Assembly: GCA_963845755.1 (NCBI GenBank)
Contig: CAWJTV010000006.1
Coordinates: 32,001 to 96,000, forward strand
Source of the DNA: an uncultured Planctomycetota bacterium
GTDB lineage: Bacteria; Planctomycetota; Planctomycetia; Isosphaerales; Isosphaeraceae
DNA length: 64,000 nt
Reading direction: 5' to 3'
Positions 61,001-64,000 of the stretch are shown here, piece by piece. Below the pieces are notes generated by a model. The model was not told the DNA's origin and searched no databases. It worked only from the letters and a program-made list of their open reading frames with translations. Within the stretch, counting starts at the first letter, position 1; every line of letters starts with the position of its first letter. The translations under genes and the position numbers were made by a program.

Positions 61001-64000
61001 CCGACGATCCGGCCGATCATCAACAAATGTCGGGGACCTTGACGACCGACAGTTCCTTCACCGGCACGGCCCAGTTCTCTTTAGAGAATTACACGAAGGA
61101 CCCCGATGCCGACCCGGTCGGTCAGGTGTCCCGGGGGAGCTTCGACGTGCAGGCCATGGGGATCGACGCCGGCACCGGGGCCAGCGCCAGGTCACGTTCA
61201 ACGCCCAGGTCCCCACGCCGCAGCTCAAACAGGCGACGCTGTCCTATTTCGGCGATGACGGGCAATGGCACACGGCCGCCGAATACAACGGCTCGGCGTG
61301 GGTGCAGGTCGGGCCTTCCGGCGACACGCCCATGAACGAACAGGATGCGCCGGCCGGTCCCGGCCTCAATACCATCAGCCTGCCCCTCCAGTTCGATGAC
61401 TCCTCCGCGCCGGCGGTGGATGACCTGTCTGGTACGGTGTTCGTGCTCACGGTGCCGGCGCCGATTTCCCTCAACCCCGTGCCGGGCGGCACGGTCGACA
61501 CCCCTTACGCCGAGACGATTGCCGCGAGCGGCGGGACCGGGAGCATCACACTGGCGGTGAGCAACGTCACCGGCTCCATACCCGGCCTGTCGATCCCCAC
61601 CGGCGGGACCAACAGCCTGACCATCACGGGAACACCCACGGCGGCGGGGAACGGTCAGCTTCACCGTGGCGGCCACCGACAGCGTGGGCCTTGCCGAGTC
61701 GCAGAGCTACACCCTGGCGGTGACCCAGGCCGATCCCTCGCGGTCCACGATCTCCCTGGTCCCCGCCAGCGTCGAGCGCGGGTGGGACGGCGACGGTCAC
61801 GCTGACCGCCGTCAACGTCTCAGGCGTGGCGGAGACCAGCGGCGGTCTCTCGGTCGCGTTCGGCCTGGGGAGCGGCGGCGGCACCGGAACGTTCGGACCC
61901 GTCACCGACAACGGCGATGGGACCTACACCGCCGTGTTCACCGGCAACATTGCCGGGACCAACACGATCACCGCGACCGTCAACGGTCAGCCGGTGACAA
62001 CTTCGGCACCGGCCGTCACCGTCACCCCGGGGGCCGTCGATCTGGCCGAATCCACCGTGTCGGCGATGGCCCCGGCCCTGCCGGTCGGAGGCACTACAAC
62101 CGTAACCCTGACGACCCGGGATAGCTACGGGAACCAGGAAACCACCGGCGGCCTGCCGGTCGGCTTCGCGCTCGACACCGGGGTCGGATCGTTCAGCCCG
62201 GTCACGGACAACGGCGACGGGACCTATTCCGCCACGTTCACGGCCACGAGCCCGGGGACGGGCACGTTCGAGACGACGATCAACAATCAATCGCTCACGT
62301 CCCTGCCACCCGGCATCACGGTCGTGGCGCTGAGCCTCGAAGGATCGACCATCGCGGTGGCGCCGCCGTCGGTCCCGATCGCGAGCACGACCACGGTCAC
62401 CCTGAAGGCCATCGATGCCGACGGTACCCAGGAGACGACGGGCGGGTTCACGGTCGTTTTCGAATTGGGGACGGGGACGGGCGCCGGGACGTTCGGTCCG
62501 GTCACGGACAACGGCGACGGCACCTACACGGCGACGTTCTCGGCCACGGCCGTGGGCAGCAACGCGATCCTCGCCACGATCGACGGCTTCCCCATCGCCA
62601 CGGCCGCCGAGGTGACGATCACCGACGGCTTGACCGTCACCACCAATCCCACGAGCCAGACCGTCAGCGCCGGCAGCCCCGTGTCGTTCGTCGCGGCCGC
62701 GTCCGGCGTCCCGGCCCCCACCGTGCAGTGGCAGGTGAGCAGCGACGGCGGGACCACCTTCACCGATGTCCCCGGCGCCACCGCCGACACGCTGGCGTTC
62801 ACGCCCACCTCGGCCGAGAGCGGCGACCTGTACCGCGCCGTCTTCACCAATTCGGCCGGCAGCGCCACGACCACGGTGGCCACGTTGACCGTCAGCTCGA
62901 CACCCAGCAATCTGGTCATCGACGCGGGCGCAAACGCGTTTCCTAACTTCCGCCTCGAACTACCCCAGAACGGGTATTTCGGGTACGAGCCCACCGTGAC
63001 GCTCAGCAACGGCAACATCGTCGTCGTGGGGGGGGCCCTCAACCTGGGGCAGGCCGTGTTCCTTTATAACGGCGAGACGGCCGCGCTGATCAGTACCCTG
63101 ATCGGTGACAGTTCCGTCACCGCCCTGACGAACGGGAATTTCGTGGCCACCGGCAATGGCACGGCAACCTGGGTGAACGGGAGGACCGGGCTCAGTGGCA
63201 CGGTCTCCGCTGCAAACAGCCTCGTCGAGGACGCCAACAGCGGCAGCGACCAGGTCCCCATGGTGGTCCCTCTCACCAACGGGAACTACGTCGTCGTGTT
63301 CGCCGACTGGGACGGCGACACGGGGGCGGTGACGTGGGGGAACGGGACGACGGGGACCGTCGGCACCGTCTCCGCCGACAACAGCCTGGTCGGCAGCAAC
63401 CCCGGCGACGAGGTGGGGACGCTCGGCGGCTCCACGACAGGCGTCACGCCTCTGGCCAACGGCAATTATGTGGTGAGCAGCCCATACTGGAACAATCAGG
63501 AAGGCGCGGCGACGTGGGGGAACGGGACGACGGGCGTCACCGGCACCATCACGGCCGCCAACAGCCTCATCGGAGGCGGGGCCTACGGTGAGCTCACGGT
63601 GACCCCGCTCACCGATGGCAATTACCTCGTCTCCAACGATCAATGGAATAACGGCGCGGGCGCGGTGACCTGGGGAAGCGGAACGGCGGGCGTCGACGGC
63701 GTCATCTCCGCGTCCAACAGCCTGGTCGGCAGTACGGAGGGGGACGCGGTGGGCGAGCACATCATCGCCCTCGCCAACGGCAACTACGTGGTCGGCAGCC
63801 GGTCGTGGAATAGCAGTGCGGGGGCGGTGACGTGGGGCAACGGAGCGACGGGGATCAGCGGGATGATCTCCGCCATGAACAGCCTCGTCGGCAACCCCGG
63901 CGACGACGTGGGCGGGGGGACCGGCGGCGGCAGCGGTATCGGTGGCGTGACCGCGCTCGCCAATGGCAATTACGTCGTGGACAGCCCGACCTGGAATGGC
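58086..64000 (+). CDS. giant secreted multidomain protein (planctomycete LEDR leader, alpha/beta-hydrolase, Ig/invasin-type repeats, GAVTW repeats); frameshifted, runs off the window
   Basis: ERLEDRLCPS; HLIGHSRG; three TDNGDGTY repeats at 61900-62530; repeated NSLVG..LANGNYVV..GAVTWG units after 63000. Confidence 0.85.

Noticed and set aside
61900..64000. DNA repeats such as GTCACGGACAACGGCGACGG and GTGACGTGGGGGAACGG
   Set aside because: Coding repeats of protein domains.

Overview
GC-rich window that looks planctomycete (Isosphaeraceae-like), inferred from an LEDR-type secreted protein and a PLWDRxLDG tail. Many single-base frameshifts are probably long-read indels. About half is nested mobile DNA. 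(1) At 1-8.8 kb, a group II intron RT gene is split by two large-serine-recombinase (LSR) elements. One sits exactly in the DLSGYF/D motif, the other at or next to PQGSPI. One element carries an ORF that gains its RBS and ATG only after circularisation. The intron sits in a 38-bp GGGG-type inverted repeat inside an IS1182 remnant, which also holds IS630 and IS701. (2) At 9-31 kb are a MetE-like gene coupled to a PAS/GAF hybrid kinase, a resolvase, IS1380, IS630s, a RIT element, an ISL3-like IS and a chimeric stack of ORF-less group II introns, one inserted in domain V. (3) At 31-51 kb is a stress/membrane gene cluster where most genes have a sigma54-type -24/-12 motif, plus REP-carrying IS630-type MITEs hit by an IS4 and its MITE. 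(4) At 51-58 kb are three tandem, divergent ~1.7-1.9 kb single-gene units. They encode KxYxK...RxE/wHTH proteins, lack terminal IRs, and share a 44-nt two-hairpin AAAC...CTA 3' end, so they are a candidate rolling-circle transposon family. (5) At 58-64 kb is the start of a giant secreted hydrolase/Ig-repeat protein. I saw no rRNA, tRNA or CRISPR array. All family calls come from motif recognition, not database searches.
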